Origin: Christensenellaceae bacterium
Lineage (GTDB): Bacteria; Bacillota; Clostridia; Christensenellales; Borkfalkiaceae
Reading direction: 5' to 3'
NCBI GenBank assembly: GCA_045603725.1
Contig: JAZUMP010000056.1
Coordinates: 4,702-68,701, forward strand
DNA length: 64,000 nucleotides
Shown here piece after piece: positions 1 through 9,648 of this stretch. How positions within the stretch are numbered: position 1 is the first letter of the stretch; each line of letters begins with the position of its first letter. The notes beneath the pieces are model-generated. The model saw only the letters and a program-made list of their open reading frames with translations. It had not been told where the DNA came from and ran no database searches. The position numbers and the translations under genes were made by a program.

Positions 1-582
1 TTTAGTTATGCGAATTAATGCACTTGCAGAAGCGTACTTTTCAAAGCAACCTCTCCTACCACAACCGCACTTTAATCCACCTTTTCTTAACGTAACGTGC
101 CCAAGTTCGGCAACTACACCGTTTGTTCCTTCATATAACTTTTTATTTATAACAATTCCGCCACCTATACCCGTACCTATAGTTAGCATTATGACGTTTG
201 AATATTTTTTACCGGCACCAAAAACAATTTCACCAATAGTTGCAGCGTCCGCATCGTTTGCAATCCTAACTTTTATACCAGTATACTCTTCAAGTAAATC
301 TCTTAACGGAAAATCCATCCACTTCAAATTTGACGAATAATGAACTTTACCTTGATTAGAATTAATAGCGCCAGGACAACCAACGCCAATACCTAAAATT
401 TGGTCTTTAACTATATTGTTTTTATCAATTAAATCAATAATTTCATTTGCAAGTATTTTTATTTGTAATTCAGGTGCTATTTTTTCAGTAGGAATAACCG
501 AACTGAATAAAATTTCACCTTTTACCGAAACAATACCTATTTTAATTGACATACCACCAATATCAACGCCAACGTAGTACAT
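1..582 (-). CDS. ROK-family glucokinase; the C-terminal part runs off the window start. It is absent from the ORF track, and 8..340+ is its antisense shadow.
   Basis: I translated the minus strand from the ATG at 580-582. It gives MYYVGVDIGGMSIKIGIVSVKGE... (ROK/ASKHA N-terminus). At the window edge it gives ...GGLKCGCGRRGCFEKYASASAL (ROK CxCGxxGCxE zinc motif). The frame is open to position 1. Confidence 0.85.
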   Translation of the reverse strand, partial: MYYVGVDIGGMSIKIGIVSVKGEILFSSVIPTEKIAPELQIKILANEIIDLIDKNNIVKDQILGIGVGCPGAINSNQGKVHYSSNLKWMDFPLRDLLEEYTGIKVRIANDADAATIGEIVFGAGKKYSNVIMLTIGTGIGGGIVINKKLYEGTNGVVAELGHVTLRKGGLKCGCGRRGCFEKYASASALIRITK

Positions 583-592
583 AAATTTCTCC

Positions 593-1369
593 TTACAAAA
601 GTTCTGCTTTAATAAATATTTCGGTTATAGTTTTTATGTTGTTCTTAACCTTTTTAAACGGGCGCATTGCATAGTAATACGCAAGATATGAAAGTTTAAT
701 TTTATCAACGTCTCCACCGATAATCTCGTCTTCAAAAACACTTAATACGTATCTTAACTCTTCTTTCTCATCGTCAGACAATCTACTTTGTGAAATTGAA
801 AGTTTATCTAAATCAATAAGCCTTCTAATTGTAGCGTAATCTTCATTTTTATTTGTAATAATCGAATATTTTTCAGGTTTTTCTATTTTGTTAGACGAAT
901 GAGATTCATTATCAAACGACTCAACGTTTTCAATTTCTTGAGAGCCACTAATCATTTGTAAACCAATGTTTTGGGTGTAAATTTTAAATGGAAGTAAAAC
1001 TTCACTGCTAAAGTTTTGATAAGACGTTTCATAATTTTTACCACCGTCAAAAAAATCTAAAAGGTCAGCAAGTTGAAGATTTTTATAATTAATTTCTTTA
1101 AGTATCGTATAAACAAGTGCTAAAACTTCGGTTGAATCATTAGGAAGTGTAAAATATTTAACTCCGTCCTGCATATAAAAAGCGTTAGATAATGAAGTTG
1201 CAAAATCATAATCTTCCGTGAAATAATTAAAAATATCTGAAAGTAATTTTGAAGAATTAATTGCAGTTAAAACTTCAAAAATACACGGCGATGCAAGCAA
1301 ATATTTTGAAGCCATTAATTTATCTAACAAATTACAAAAATTATTTAATGATTCTTCTCTCGTTTTCAT
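593..1369 (-). CDS. Hypothetical protein, 258 aa, no recognisable motif
   Basis: Long ORF located 10 nt downstream of the glucokinase start region. I recognise no family. Confidence 0.5.
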   Translation of the reverse strand: MKTREESLNNFCNLLDKLMASKYLLASPCIFEVLTAINSSKLLSDIFNYFTEDYDFATSLSNAFYMQDGVKYFTLPNDSTEVLALVYTILKEINYKNLQLADLLDFFDGGKNYETSYQNFSSEVLLPFKIYTQNIGLQMISGSQEIENVESFDNESHSSNKIEKPEKYSIITNKNEDYATIRRLIDLDKLSISQSRLSDDEKEELRYVLSVFEDEIIGGDVDKIKLSYLAYYYAMRPFKKVKNNIKTITEIFIKAELL

Positions 1370-1537
1370 AACCCACCTACAATTTCGTGCTAAACTTGCA
1401 CGATATATTGTTTAAATTATATCACAACTTTTTTCAAGTATCAAGAATTTTGTCAGAAACTATTGATTTTTTTATTTAAATTATGTATAATTATTTAAGT
1501 GTAACCATATAGGTAACAACTACGGAGGTATTTTATT

Positions 1538-1765
1538 ATGAAATCAATGCAAATTTCACTTCAAATGGCTAGTCAAGTTAAAGATTTTGTAGGTATCGTT
1601 CAAAATTACACTTTTGACATCGAACTCCATAGTGAGAGATACGTCGTTGACGCTAAATCTTTACTTGGTATTTTCAGTTTAGACTTATCTAAACCTGTAA
1701 CGGTAGAAATTCACTCTGACGATTGCGACGATTTACTTAACGATTTAAAGCAATTTGCTATTTAA
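1538..1765 (+). CDS. Short HPr-like domain protein that lacks the His15 phosphorylation region
   Basis: SD ggagg lies upstream, and a TTGATT-N17-TGTATAAT promoter lies at about 1470-1500. The segment DAKSLLGIFSLDLSKPVTVEIHSDD aligns by eye with the HPr Ser46 region (NLKSIMGVMSLGIAKGAEITISASG). No GIHARPA-type His15 motif is present. Confidence 0.5.
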   Translation: MKSMQISLQMASQVKDFVGIVQNYTFDIELHSERYVVDAKSLLGIFSLDLSKPVTVEIHSDDCDDLLNDLKQFAI

Positions 1766-1789
1766 CAATAATTTTTACGGAGGATAACT

Positions 1790-2314
1790 ATGCTTATTAA
1801 AGGCGATGCATTTATTAACAAATTAATATTGTTGTTCGTCTTTGATAAGATGGAATGCCCACTTGCGGAAAACACCATTATAGATATGTGCTGTTCTTCT
1901 AACACTTGGCTATCTTATATGGACTGTAAACCTATTATCAATAAATTAATTGATGAAAGTTTCATTTATAATATAGCCTCATACGGTGAACCACTTTATT
2001 CTATAACCCCCGAAGGCAGATATTGTCTTGCTGAGTTTTACATAAAAATCCCCTCTTCAACGCGTGAAAGTATTTCTTATTTTATTAAGCAAAATCGCGC
2101 GCATTATAGAAGAAAGCAAGAATGCTCCGCCGATTATTACATGAATAAAGATTCAACCTACACAGTGTATTTAAAAATTAACGATTTAAGCCAACCACTT
2201 ATGGAACTTAAATTCAACGTTCCAAATCGCCAAATAGCAAAAAATATTTATAAAAAATGGGAAGAAAAGGCAGGCAACCTTTACGCCATTATTTATGAAA
2301 ATCTTGTAGATTAA
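1790..2314 (+). CDS. DUF4364-like protein (putative winged-helix protein common in Clostridia)
   Basis: 174 aa with SD ggagg upstream. The family assignment is from memory of N-terminal pattern and size. Confidence 0.4.
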   Translation: MLIKGDAFINKLILLFVFDKMECPLAENTIIDMCCSSNTWLSYMDCKPIINKLIDESFIYNIASYGEPLYSITPEGRYCLAEFYIKIPSSTRESISYFIKQNRAHYRRKQECSADYYMNKDSTYTVYLKINDLSQPLMELKFNVPNRQIAKNIYKKWEEKAGNLYAIIYENLVD

Positions 2315-2324
2315 AGGAGATTAT

Positions 2325-2576
2325 ATGCACGTATACAATACTAATGGTACTTGTAGCAGGCAAATTTTGTTTGACGTAACTAGTGATAATAAAGTTGTGA
2401 ACGTTAAATACGTTGGCGGTTGCCTTGGCAATTTACAAGGCGTTTCAAAACTTGTAAACGGGCGTGATATTGATGAAGTTATTTCCCTACTTTTGGGTAT
2501 ACAATGTAGAGGTAATACCTCTTGCCCTGACCAACTAGCAAAAGCGCTTATTAAGTATAAAGAGAATAATAAATAG
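2325..2576 (+). CDS. TSCPD-domain protein of the TIGR03905 four-Cys family
   Basis: Motifs GGCLGNLQG and CRGNTSCPDQLAKAL are present. The 83-aa size is typical of the family. Confidence 0.75.
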   Translation: MHVYNTNGTCSRQILFDVTSDNKVVNVKYVGGCLGNLQGVSKLVNGRDIDEVISLLLGIQCRGNTSCPDQLAKALIKYKENNK

Positions 2577-2594
2577 TGATAAACTAAATTAAAA

Positions 2595-2636
2595 CGCGTT
2601 ATTTTACCTTATTAAAGTAAGATAACGCGCTTTTTT
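2595..2636 (+). terminator. Rho-independent terminator of the 1538-2576 operon
   Basis: cgcgttat pairs with ataacgcg as a hairpin, followed by tttttt. Confidence 0.7.
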
Positions 2637-2640
2637 ATGC

Positions 2641-2672
2641 AAAAAATTAGCCGAGACCAAACGGTTTCGGCT
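2641..2672 (-). terminator. Rho-independent terminator after the 2683..3645 gene
   Basis: tagccgagacc pairs with ggtttcggcta as a hairpin. An A-run on the plus strand gives a T-run on the minus strand. Confidence 0.65.
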
Positions 2673-2682
2673 AATCAAATTA

Positions 2683-3645
2683 TTAAATATCTATTTTATT
2701 TAAAAGTTGCTCGTCGTTTTGCCTAAGTTCTTTAGGAATAACTATATCATCAAACGTCATATAGTATTTTTTACAAGTAAGCGTATAATAATCAACAAAT
2801 CTTAACGATTTAAATATTATGCCGGATAGCGGTACAGCAAGAACGAACGCCACGTTAAACGTAACTATACTTGAAACTATAACTACAACGTATACCACGA
2901 AAGAAGTTATTAAATAAGATAAAAACCTATTAAAACTTTCTTGTAAGCGTAAGTATTTAAAAGAAATTTTAAACGCTTCAAACGGACCTTTATTTTCACA
3001 AATCATTATCGGCAATACAAGACCTGTTACAGTAAGCCTTAGCGCAATTGCCATAAATAATACTAATACGAGAAGGGATAATGAGTATATACCCAAAAAA
3101 TCCATAAACGTAAAGAATAGTAATGACATTAACCCCGCAACAATAATGTCGTAAATAAACATTAGTAAGGTTCTAAATAACGCGTATTTAGATGCCATTT
3201 TAAAATTTTCAAACAGCGTAGTAAAAAAACCTGCGTGAAGCATACTTGACATATGCTCGTTAATATTTACACCAACAACGTAATCAAACATTGAAAATAT
3301 AAATTTAACGATTTGGAATAAAACTACGATACCAACGCCAACCCAAATAATATTTGCAAGCATTGAATGAATATAGGCAATAAACGAAGTAGTAGTATCT
3401 TTAATTAAAACGGCGTTTAAATCAGAATTAGAATCCTTAAACAAAATAAAATCGCTTACAATTTTACGAACTGCGTCGATGAGTGATTTTAGTTCTGCAC
3501 TTTTCAAAATAGGCTCAATAATAATATTAGCCATAAAATATAATGATACGATAAAAGCAATTACAACAATAGACTTTGCAAGCATAGTCTTAAGCCATAA
3601 AGACTTGTTTGAAATTGCTATTTTAACACCGTTTGTAATCTTCAT
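2683..3645 (-). CDS. Multi-pass integral membrane protein of unknown family
   Basis: 320 aa with several long hydrophobic segments. It has its own TTGCAA-N17-TATAAT promoter in the 3646-3725 gap. Confidence 0.6.
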   Translation of the reverse strand: MKITNGVKIAISNKSLWLKTMLAKSIVVIAFIVSLYFMANIIIEPILKSAELKSLIDAVRKIVSDFILFKDSNSDLNAVLIKDTTTSFIAYIHSMLANIIWVGVGIVVLFQIVKFIFSMFDYVVGVNINEHMSSMLHAGFFTTLFENFKMASKYALFRTLLMFIYDIIVAGLMSLLFFTFMDFLGIYSLSLLVLVLFMAIALRLTVTGLVLPIMICENKGPFEAFKISFKYLRLQESFNRFLSYLITSFVVYVVVIVSSIVTFNVAFVLAVPLSGIIFKSLRFVDYYTLTCKKYYMTFDDIVIPKELRQNDEQLLNKIDI

Positions 3646-3725
3646 AAAAATACCTCGATTTAATTATACAACAACGGCAACTTTTTTGCAAGTAAAATAC
3701 GCTTTTTAATGACTTTAACCCTAAA

Positions 3726-4634
3726 TTATCCTTTTACGTGCCCTTTTTTAGTTATGTACGCTCTAACAGTAGGCGCTAAATCTCCAAGAAGCCTTTGAAT
3801 TTCATAATCGCTTTCAAATTCGCTTACCGCTTTATCTTTATCCATAGAAAAATAATATTCTAAAGCGTTTTGTAAAACTTTTTTTTCAACTTCACGAAGT
3901 TCAGGAATTGGACCGTCTAAAACGTAAGTAGGAATTACTCCACTATCTATCAATTCCTTTCTCTTTAGTTCTAAATTTTCGATATTGTCTTCAATATCTT
4001 TTAACTTTTGTTCTTCTAAAAGATTTACAATTTTTTCGTGGCGAGTTTGCTCTTTAAGTACACTGTTTTCATTATTTTTTAGTTCTATATCCGTTTCAGC
4101 GTTAAGATTATCTAGTTTTGCGTTTTTAGCGTCTTCGTATTTTTTATTTTCAGAAGAAACTATACTAGAGCGCCCAACACCGTTTTTTATAGCCTTATTA
4201 GTTGCCCTATTAACGTAATCTTTAAAATCGCTATTTATTTTATTAGTTTCCATTTCGTTGTTTGCCAAAATCGACTGTTTTTTAAAGTTTAAATTGTCAA
4301 TATTCGTGTCATTTTTATGATTTTCACTAATAAGTTCTTTTTGAAAAGCAGTTTCAGCAATTTCATTTGCTTGCTTTTCAATATTTTCATCGGTATATTT
4401 ACTATCTCTGAAATTTTCTAAATCGTATTTTACTTGATTCTCAATTCTCTCAATTTCTTTATTGAATTTGAGCAAATCGCTTTTTAGGCTTTCTCTTGAA
4501 GGCTTGTCCGACTCTTTTTTAGCCACGGTATAAACGGCTACTTCTTCTCCTTTTTTACTATCGTCTTTTTTAACGACGGGTATTATCTTCTGATTTTCCA
4601 GCCATTTTTTTATTTTTTCTTCAATGTTAAACAT
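3726..4634 (-). CDS. Coiled-coil, K/E/N-rich protein; last gene of the phage-like operon; function unknown
   Basis: 302 aa, lying 11 nt downstream of the preceding ORF. The sequence is heptad-like and charged. Confidence 0.45.
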   Translation of the reverse strand: MFNIEEKIKKWLENQKIIPVVKKDDSKKGEEVAVYTVAKKESDKPSRESLKSDLLKFNKEIERIENQVKYDLENFRDSKYTDENIEKQANEIAETAFQKELISENHKNDTNIDNLNFKKQSILANNEMETNKINSDFKDYVNRATNKAIKNGVGRSSIVSSENKKYEDAKNAKLDNLNAETDIELKNNENSVLKEQTRHEKIVNLLEEQKLKDIEDNIENLELKRKELIDSGVIPTYVLDGPIPELREVEKKVLQNALEYYFSMDKDKAVSEFESDYEIQRLLGDLAPTVRAYITKKGHVKG

Positions 4635-4645
4635 GTTACTCCTTT

Positions 4646-4864
4646 TTATATAATCGTAATTAAGTCTCTTATTCTTTTTAAGGTTTTACCGTCGTATAAA
4701 ACAATTTTTTCTTCACAGTAATCAATAAGGGTTTTTTCGCCCGCTTTATCGTTTACAACGGATTGTTTATACAAACAATTACCATCAGAAAATTCCACTT
4801 CAATTACTCCGTTATTATTTTTTATATGATAATTTTTTCCGTATTTAATATTGACCATTCTCAC
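4646..4864 (-). CDS. Small hypothetical protein in the phage-like operon
   Basis: 72-aa ORF in operon context with a ggag-type SD. Confidence 0.4.
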   Translation of the reverse strand: MRMVNIKYGKNYHIKNNNGVIEVEFSDGNCLYKQSVVNDKAGEKTLIDYCEEKIVLYDGKTLKRIRDLITII

Positions 4865-4903
4865 AACCTCTTTTAGCGGTATTTTTGATTTTATTTTGGG
4901 GAA

Positions 4904-5809
4904 TCAATCGGTAACGAGTTTGGCATTAGAATACTTATCTACAACTATCATACTGCCGTTTGACGTATTATCAGTGTAAAGTTTTACTCCGGTTTTACCC
5001 GTACTAATATAATTAAAACTAAAACTTAAACTGCAACTGCCTTTATAAATTTTAGAAAGTTTTGAAAAGTAAATAATAAAATTATTTCCATTTTTATAAC
5101 CACAAGCAGAAGTTACACCTACTACGTTTAAGGAATTCTCAGTATACGTTTTATTTTCTAAATCAACCTTAATAATTTTAAGTTCATCATTAATTGTTAT
5201 TGCTAGAATATATAGAAAAATATCGTTAACCGATATAATAGAACACTCTTTTAAATCGTTGAAAGTTAAAGTATTATGCAAAATTGAAGTGTAATAGCGA
5301 TAAAGACTTGCAGTGTTATCTTTTAAATGAAGTACGTAGTCAACGTTGTTATAATAATAATGCGATAAACTATTAACGGAATTAACGTAAGAAACGTTAC
5401 CGCTAAGTTTAAAATTTAAAACTTCTAAAACGGTAATTTCACCGCTAGAAATTTCAACAACGATTTCATTTATACCCTCGTTAAACGACGCTTCAAAATT
5501 AAAAGAGTGCTTTTTAGTTAAACGGCTTTTCACAGTATAAGCAACAACTCCGTTGACGTAAACGTACATATCAACCAAAAACAAAGTGCTAAGTGAAGTT
5601 TCTAAATTTCCACTTATACTATAAACTCCATTTTTTAATGAATTTACTTTAAACGACTTTTTAAAATTTTTGTTTTTATCAACGCCACTTAAATCGTAAA
5701 ATAATTCAGAATATACTGATTGCATCGCAAAATTTTCAAGTTTTTCTATTCTCTTTTCAAGACTGTTCAGTTTTAAATAAGCACGCTTTCCATAATCTTC
5801 AGTTACCAT
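4904..5809 (-). CDS. Putative fibre or receptor-binding-like structural protein
   Basis: The N-terminus has a short coiled coil (LNSLEKRIEKLEN) followed by a long beta-rich region. It overlaps the upstream ORF by 7 nt. The call rests on architecture only. Confidence 0.3.
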   Translation of the reverse strand: MVTEDYGKRAYLKLNSLEKRIEKLENFAMQSVYSELFYDLSGVDKNKNFKKSFKVNSLKNGVYSISGNLETSLSTLFLVDMYVYVNGVVAYTVKSRLTKKHSFNFEASFNEGINEIVVEISSGEITVLEVLNFKLSGNVSYVNSVNSLSHYYYNNVDYVLHLKDNTASLYRYYTSILHNTLTFNDLKECSIISVNDIFLYILAITINDELKIIKVDLENKTYTENSLNVVGVTSACGYKNGNNFIIYFSKLSKIYKGSCSLSFSFNYISTGKTGVKLYTDNTSNGSMIVVDKYSNAKLVTD

Positions 5810-7239
5810 AAACTCTCCTTAACGTAACTAAAGAAAAACGTTGGTTTTAAAATTTCCGGCTTTTTAGAATAGGATATAATTTTAAACTTAAATGTATTAC
5901 CTTTAAAGTTGGTTTTTAAAACGCTTGTCCCACTACTTACGTTATATATATTTGTTTTACCATCCACGATTACGTGAAGAATAATATCTTCGTTTGACGT
6001 TAATCTGATTTTGTCAAGTTTCTTTTTATTAGTCTCTATTGAAAAGTCAGTCTCTCCACTTATCCATACCTTTTTTAATGGTTTAGAAAATCTTTTGCCA
6101 CTATTATCAATCAAACATATTTTCCCGTTTGATATAGCGTAAACGTTATAATCTTTTCCTAAAATCAATTCAAAATCGTCTATTTTAAGACCTTTTGCCA
6201 AATAAGCAACTTTAGAATCAATATCGTAAACTAAAATTACCTTTTCAATTTTAGATTTAAACTTCATATTAAGGCTCAAATAAAGTTTACCGTTATAAAA
6301 AACACCTTTAGCGTCGTCGTTTTCTACGCCGTTTAAAAATCTATCGTAAAAGGGTAAAATTTTTACGGCGTCAATACCGTTAAACCTATAAAGCCCAGAT
6401 GAAGTTAAAAATATAACGTAACCACCACATTCAGTAACGGTATTTGCATAAATTTTACCAATATTATTATATAAATTATCTACGGAAAACTCCGTTTGGT
6501 CGCCATATGCGTAAATTCTAGATATTCCGTAAGAGCGAAAAACGAAAACGTAATCTAAAAAACTAACTACTTTTAAAAGTTTTCCACGCTCGTCAGGAAG
6601 TTCAATATACCCTGCTTCGTCGAGAGAAACCGACCAATTAGTCGGGTTAAAATCGTCGGAAAACCAAAGCGAAGTTCCCTCACCTGAAGTCGTAGCAAAA
6701 AGTCTTTCGCTATGAATACACATAGAACTTATTTTTGGCGCTGTTTCAACTTTTTCTAGCGTAGTATTATTCAATATATATAACCCTTCCTTTTCAAAAG
6801 AAAGAATTAAAACGTCTTCATCGGAAAAGTTGTAATTAATAGCAATCGGTGGAGCCAAAAAAGTATTTGACGATATTAGTTTAAAAGTTGAGTCTAATCC
6901 TATATTAATATAATACAGTCTTTTATCACTACCGAACACTACTATTCTATCAGTATTTAGATTAAGTGAAGCGTCGTATCTTTTGTAGTAATAGAGTTTT
7001 ATAGGCGTTACGTCGCTATTAAAAGTAACGCTTTTGCCGTTTATAAGATATTCTTTAATTCCTATTCCGGATTTTAACGTTCCATCAGAACAATCAAAAT
7101 TAAAAAGTATAGAAGCATCGGTAGGATTGGAAAGCATTTCATCAGATGAAATGCTTCCTTTAGTTAAAAACGAATTTAAAGAAATTTTTCTTTTCGTTAC
7201 GCTAGGCAGTTTTAACTTTGTATCGTAAATCATTGCCAA
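5803..7239 (-). CDS. Large beta-rich structural protein; possibly a propeller or 'stabilisation'/nozzle-like podovirus tail component
   Basis: 478 aa with repetitive beta-strand-like segments. It sits after the capsid and adaptor-size genes. Assignment is by size and position only. Confidence 0.3.
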   Translation of the reverse strand: MAMIYDTKLKLPSVTKRKISLNSFLTKGSISSDEMLSNPTDASILFNFDCSDGTLKSGIGIKEYLINGKSVTFNSDVTPIKLYYYKRYDASLNLNTDRIVVFGSDKRLYYINIGLDSTFKLISSNTFLAPPIAINYNFSDEDVLILSFEKEGLYILNNTTLEKVETAPKISSMCIHSERLFATTSGEGTSLWFSDDFNPTNWSVSLDEAGYIELPDERGKLLKVVSFLDYVFVFRSYGISRIYAYGDQTEFSVDNLYNNIGKIYANTVTECGGYVIFLTSSGLYRFNGIDAVKILPFYDRFLNGVENDDAKGVFYNGKLYLSLNMKFKSKIEKVILVYDIDSKVAYLAKGLKIDDFELILGKDYNVYAISNGKICLIDNSGKRFSKPLKKVWISGETDFSIETNKKKLDKIRLTSNEDIILHVIVDGKTNIYNVSSGTSVLKTNFKGNTFKFKIISYSKKPEILKPTFFFSYVKESLW

Positions 7240-7796
7240 ACCCTACCTTTTAACCTTTTACTCTTACCCGTTAACGGCCCGTTTTTTAATGCGTTTATAT
7301 ACTTTCCATGCCATAAATTTGCTTCTTCATAGCCACCTTTAATTAAAAAGTATTCCGTTAAAACTCCGTAGCAAAGTATTCTATCAGTAATACAAGTATT
7401 ATCATAATCGCTTATATCATCTAACTTTTTATAACTAGGCACATAATAATACTCAACTAAAACTTCGCTAGCGTTAACTACAATTTCGCTTGGTAAAATT
7501 TTAGCGTTTACTTTATTGCCTTTATCGTCTTTTACCGAAATAACCGCAAGCGGATTTTTTGAAAAATCCGCCATTTTAATTATGCCACCAGATTTAGGAG
7601 AAAGCCTTTCGGTAGTTTTAAATCTATAGTATAAAGACGCAATTTCTCCCCCAACTACGTTATAGCAGTTTACGAGTAGGTTTACGTCGTCTAAAACGCT
7701 TAAATAGTTTTCGGTGGCACCCGTGTTTAAATACTCAAGAATATCTTTTCTATCTAAAAATAGTGCAACCTTTTTAACAATATCTTTTACCGTCAT
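7230..7796 (-). CDS. Putative head-completion or head-tail adaptor protein
   Basis: 188 aa, located immediately downstream of the capsid gene. Confidence 0.3.
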   Translation of the reverse strand: MTVKDIVKKVALFLDRKDILEYLNTGATENYLSVLDDVNLLVNCYNVVGGEIASLYYRFKTTERLSPKSGGIIKMADFSKNPLAVISVKDDKGNKVNAKILPSEIVVNASEVLVEYYYVPSYKKLDDISDYDNTCITDRILCYGVLTEYFLIKGGYEEANLWHGKYINALKNGPLTGKSKRLKGRVWQ

Positions 7797-7816
7797 AAAT
7801 TCTCCTTAAAATCTTT

Positions 7817-8989
7817 TTACGCTTCGGTAATACCCGTAAGCATTGCTTGACCACAAGGTCTTGAACAAATAAGGTCAGCGTATTTAACGAGCGTAGCCTT
7901 ATATACCGGTTTATCGGCAACTTGCTTTATAACCTTACCGTCTTCACCTTCAAGCCACTTCCAATCACATAATTGATGAAGTATAAAGTCGTCGGTATTA
8001 AGTAAATACATAGTACCTTCCGGACAGAAACGGTCTGAAACGATAGGAATACCGTTATAAGAAAGCGCTTTATATCCACCGTTTAAATCCATTACGTCAA
8101 TATTTCTTTTATAAGTAGATAAATGGTTTTGGAATGCTCTTTTAACACCACTTGAACAAATAATGAAGTTAACTCTAGAACCTGCGTTTTCGTCAAGATA
8201 GTCAATAGCCGTTTGAATAGCAGTTTCAGAAATTTCACCCACGTTACTTTTAATATATGGAATTAACCATTTATGAGTGCTTCTATCTAGACCGTAAATT
8301 TCGCCAGTCGTTTTAAATATTGCACCTAAACCCGTAATTTCTTGATTGTAAGAACCTTGAACAGTGATAATACTATCTTTAGGAACGTTAGTTGACGTTA
8401 ATGAAGTACCTGTAACGCTAACGGTTTTCGCGCTTCTATCAACCGAAATAATTCTTCTTTGAGTAGCGCCTGAAATTGTAGTGCCGTCTGCATTTCTAAA
8501 GTCAACAACCATACCTTCAACTAGGTTTTTAACGTTGTCAACGGTTACTACGCCGTTAGCAATAGAAACTACTTTAGAAAGAACGCCAGAGCCGTCGCCA
8601 AACAACATTCTTCCAAAATTATATGAAGATGCTCTAAGTAAGCCTTCCATTTCGGCGTTTAATAAGTTAACGAAAGCACCTGAACTATTTTCCGAAGCCC
8701 TAATTGCCTTATCGCTAATTTCAATAGTACCATAAAGGTTTTTTAACGTTAAAATAAATTGTTCGTAATTATTACCTGCGGCTTCTGGAAGAGCACCGTC
8801 TTCATCACCAGCACCAATACCACCGTTTAATCCGTATTGAGCAAGCCTTCTAATTTCTTTACCCCAAACGTCTTGAGTAGACTGTTTGATTTTAGCAAGT
8901 AAAGGATTTATAGCGGTATTGAGTTGTTCTGAAACCACCCCGAGATATGCGGATTTTAATGCTTCATCGGCTGTTTTCATTGTAATCAT
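7817..8989 (-). CDS. Phage major capsid protein (HK97-fold type, scaffold-dependent)
   Basis: 390 aa, directly after a scaffold-like gene with an ATGA overlap. The sequence style (...GLDRSTHKWLIPY..., ...GTMYLLNTDDFILHQL...) is typical of HK97-like capsid families. Confidence 0.7.
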   Translation of the reverse strand: MITMKTADEALKSAYLGVVSEQLNTAINPLLAKIKQSTQDVWGKEIRRLAQYGLNGGIGAGDEDGALPEAAGNNYEQFILTLKNLYGTIEISDKAIRASENSSGAFVNLLNAEMEGLLRASSYNFGRMLFGDGSGVLSKVVSIANGVVTVDNVKNLVEGMVVDFRNADGTTISGATQRRIISVDRSAKTVSVTGTSLTSTNVPKDSIITVQGSYNQEITGLGAIFKTTGEIYGLDRSTHKWLIPYIKSNVGEISETAIQTAIDYLDENAGSRVNFIICSSGVKRAFQNHLSTYKRNIDVMDLNGGYKALSYNGIPIVSDRFCPEGTMYLLNTDDFILHQLCDWKWLEGEDGKVIKQVADKPVYKATLVKYADLICSRPCGQAMLTGITEA

Positions 8990-9648
8990 AAATTAATATT
9001 CTCCTTAGATTTTTCAAAAATTTGCCGTGCTAAATTACCTGCATCGGCAAGGCTTTTAGGCGTTGACGGTGGCGACACGGTCGCCAATCCGTTGCCTGAA
9101 ATTAGCTTGATAGCCGGTTTAGAGTTTTCAATTTCACTTAAATACTCTTTTATTATTTGGTTTTTAAGTTCTTCGTTTGAGTTAACGGCATTTTTTACGT
9201 AGTCTATTGAATTAAAATAATTAATTTTATCTTCGTAATTTTTAGTTAACTTCTTTAAATACGCTCGACCAAGCCATCCTTTGCTATCGTCGCTATACAA
9301 GGCGGTATCGTATAGCGACTCGAAATCTTCTTCAGCATCTGGAAAAATCTCTAGAAATGCCTTTCTTTCCCACTCACGCCCGTCAAATAAAGAATCACTA
9401 AGCGATTGTTCTTTTTTAACTTGCGAATTTTCCCTTTCCAACTCCTTAACTCTCTGACAGCGTCTGGTAAATTCAGATTGCAAGGCGTTGTAAGCGTTAA
9501 GAAGGGATTTAACATCTTTAAACTTGCCTAAATCTTCAGTCGCGCCTAAATCACTTTCTGCCACTGCAGTTTGCGCCGAATCATTTTTTATAGTTTTAGC
9601 CGTTAAATTCTCCTTAATTTCTCCCGCTGCAATATTATTTGTTTCCAT
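8986..9648 (-). CDS. Putative scaffolding protein
   Basis: 220 aa, acidic and helical/coiled-coil, lying between the portal and the capsid. No prohead protease gene is present. Confidence 0.5.
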   Translation of the reverse strand: METNNIAAGEIKENLTAKTIKNDSAQTAVAESDLGATEDLGKFKDVKSLLNAYNALQSEFTRRCQRVKELERENSQVKKEQSLSDSLFDGREWERKAFLEIFPDAEEDFESLYDTALYSDDSKGWLGRAYLKKLTKNYEDKINYFNSIDYVKNAVNSNEELKNQIIKEYLSEIENSKPAIKLISGNGLATVSPPSTPKSLADAGNLARQIFEKSKENINL

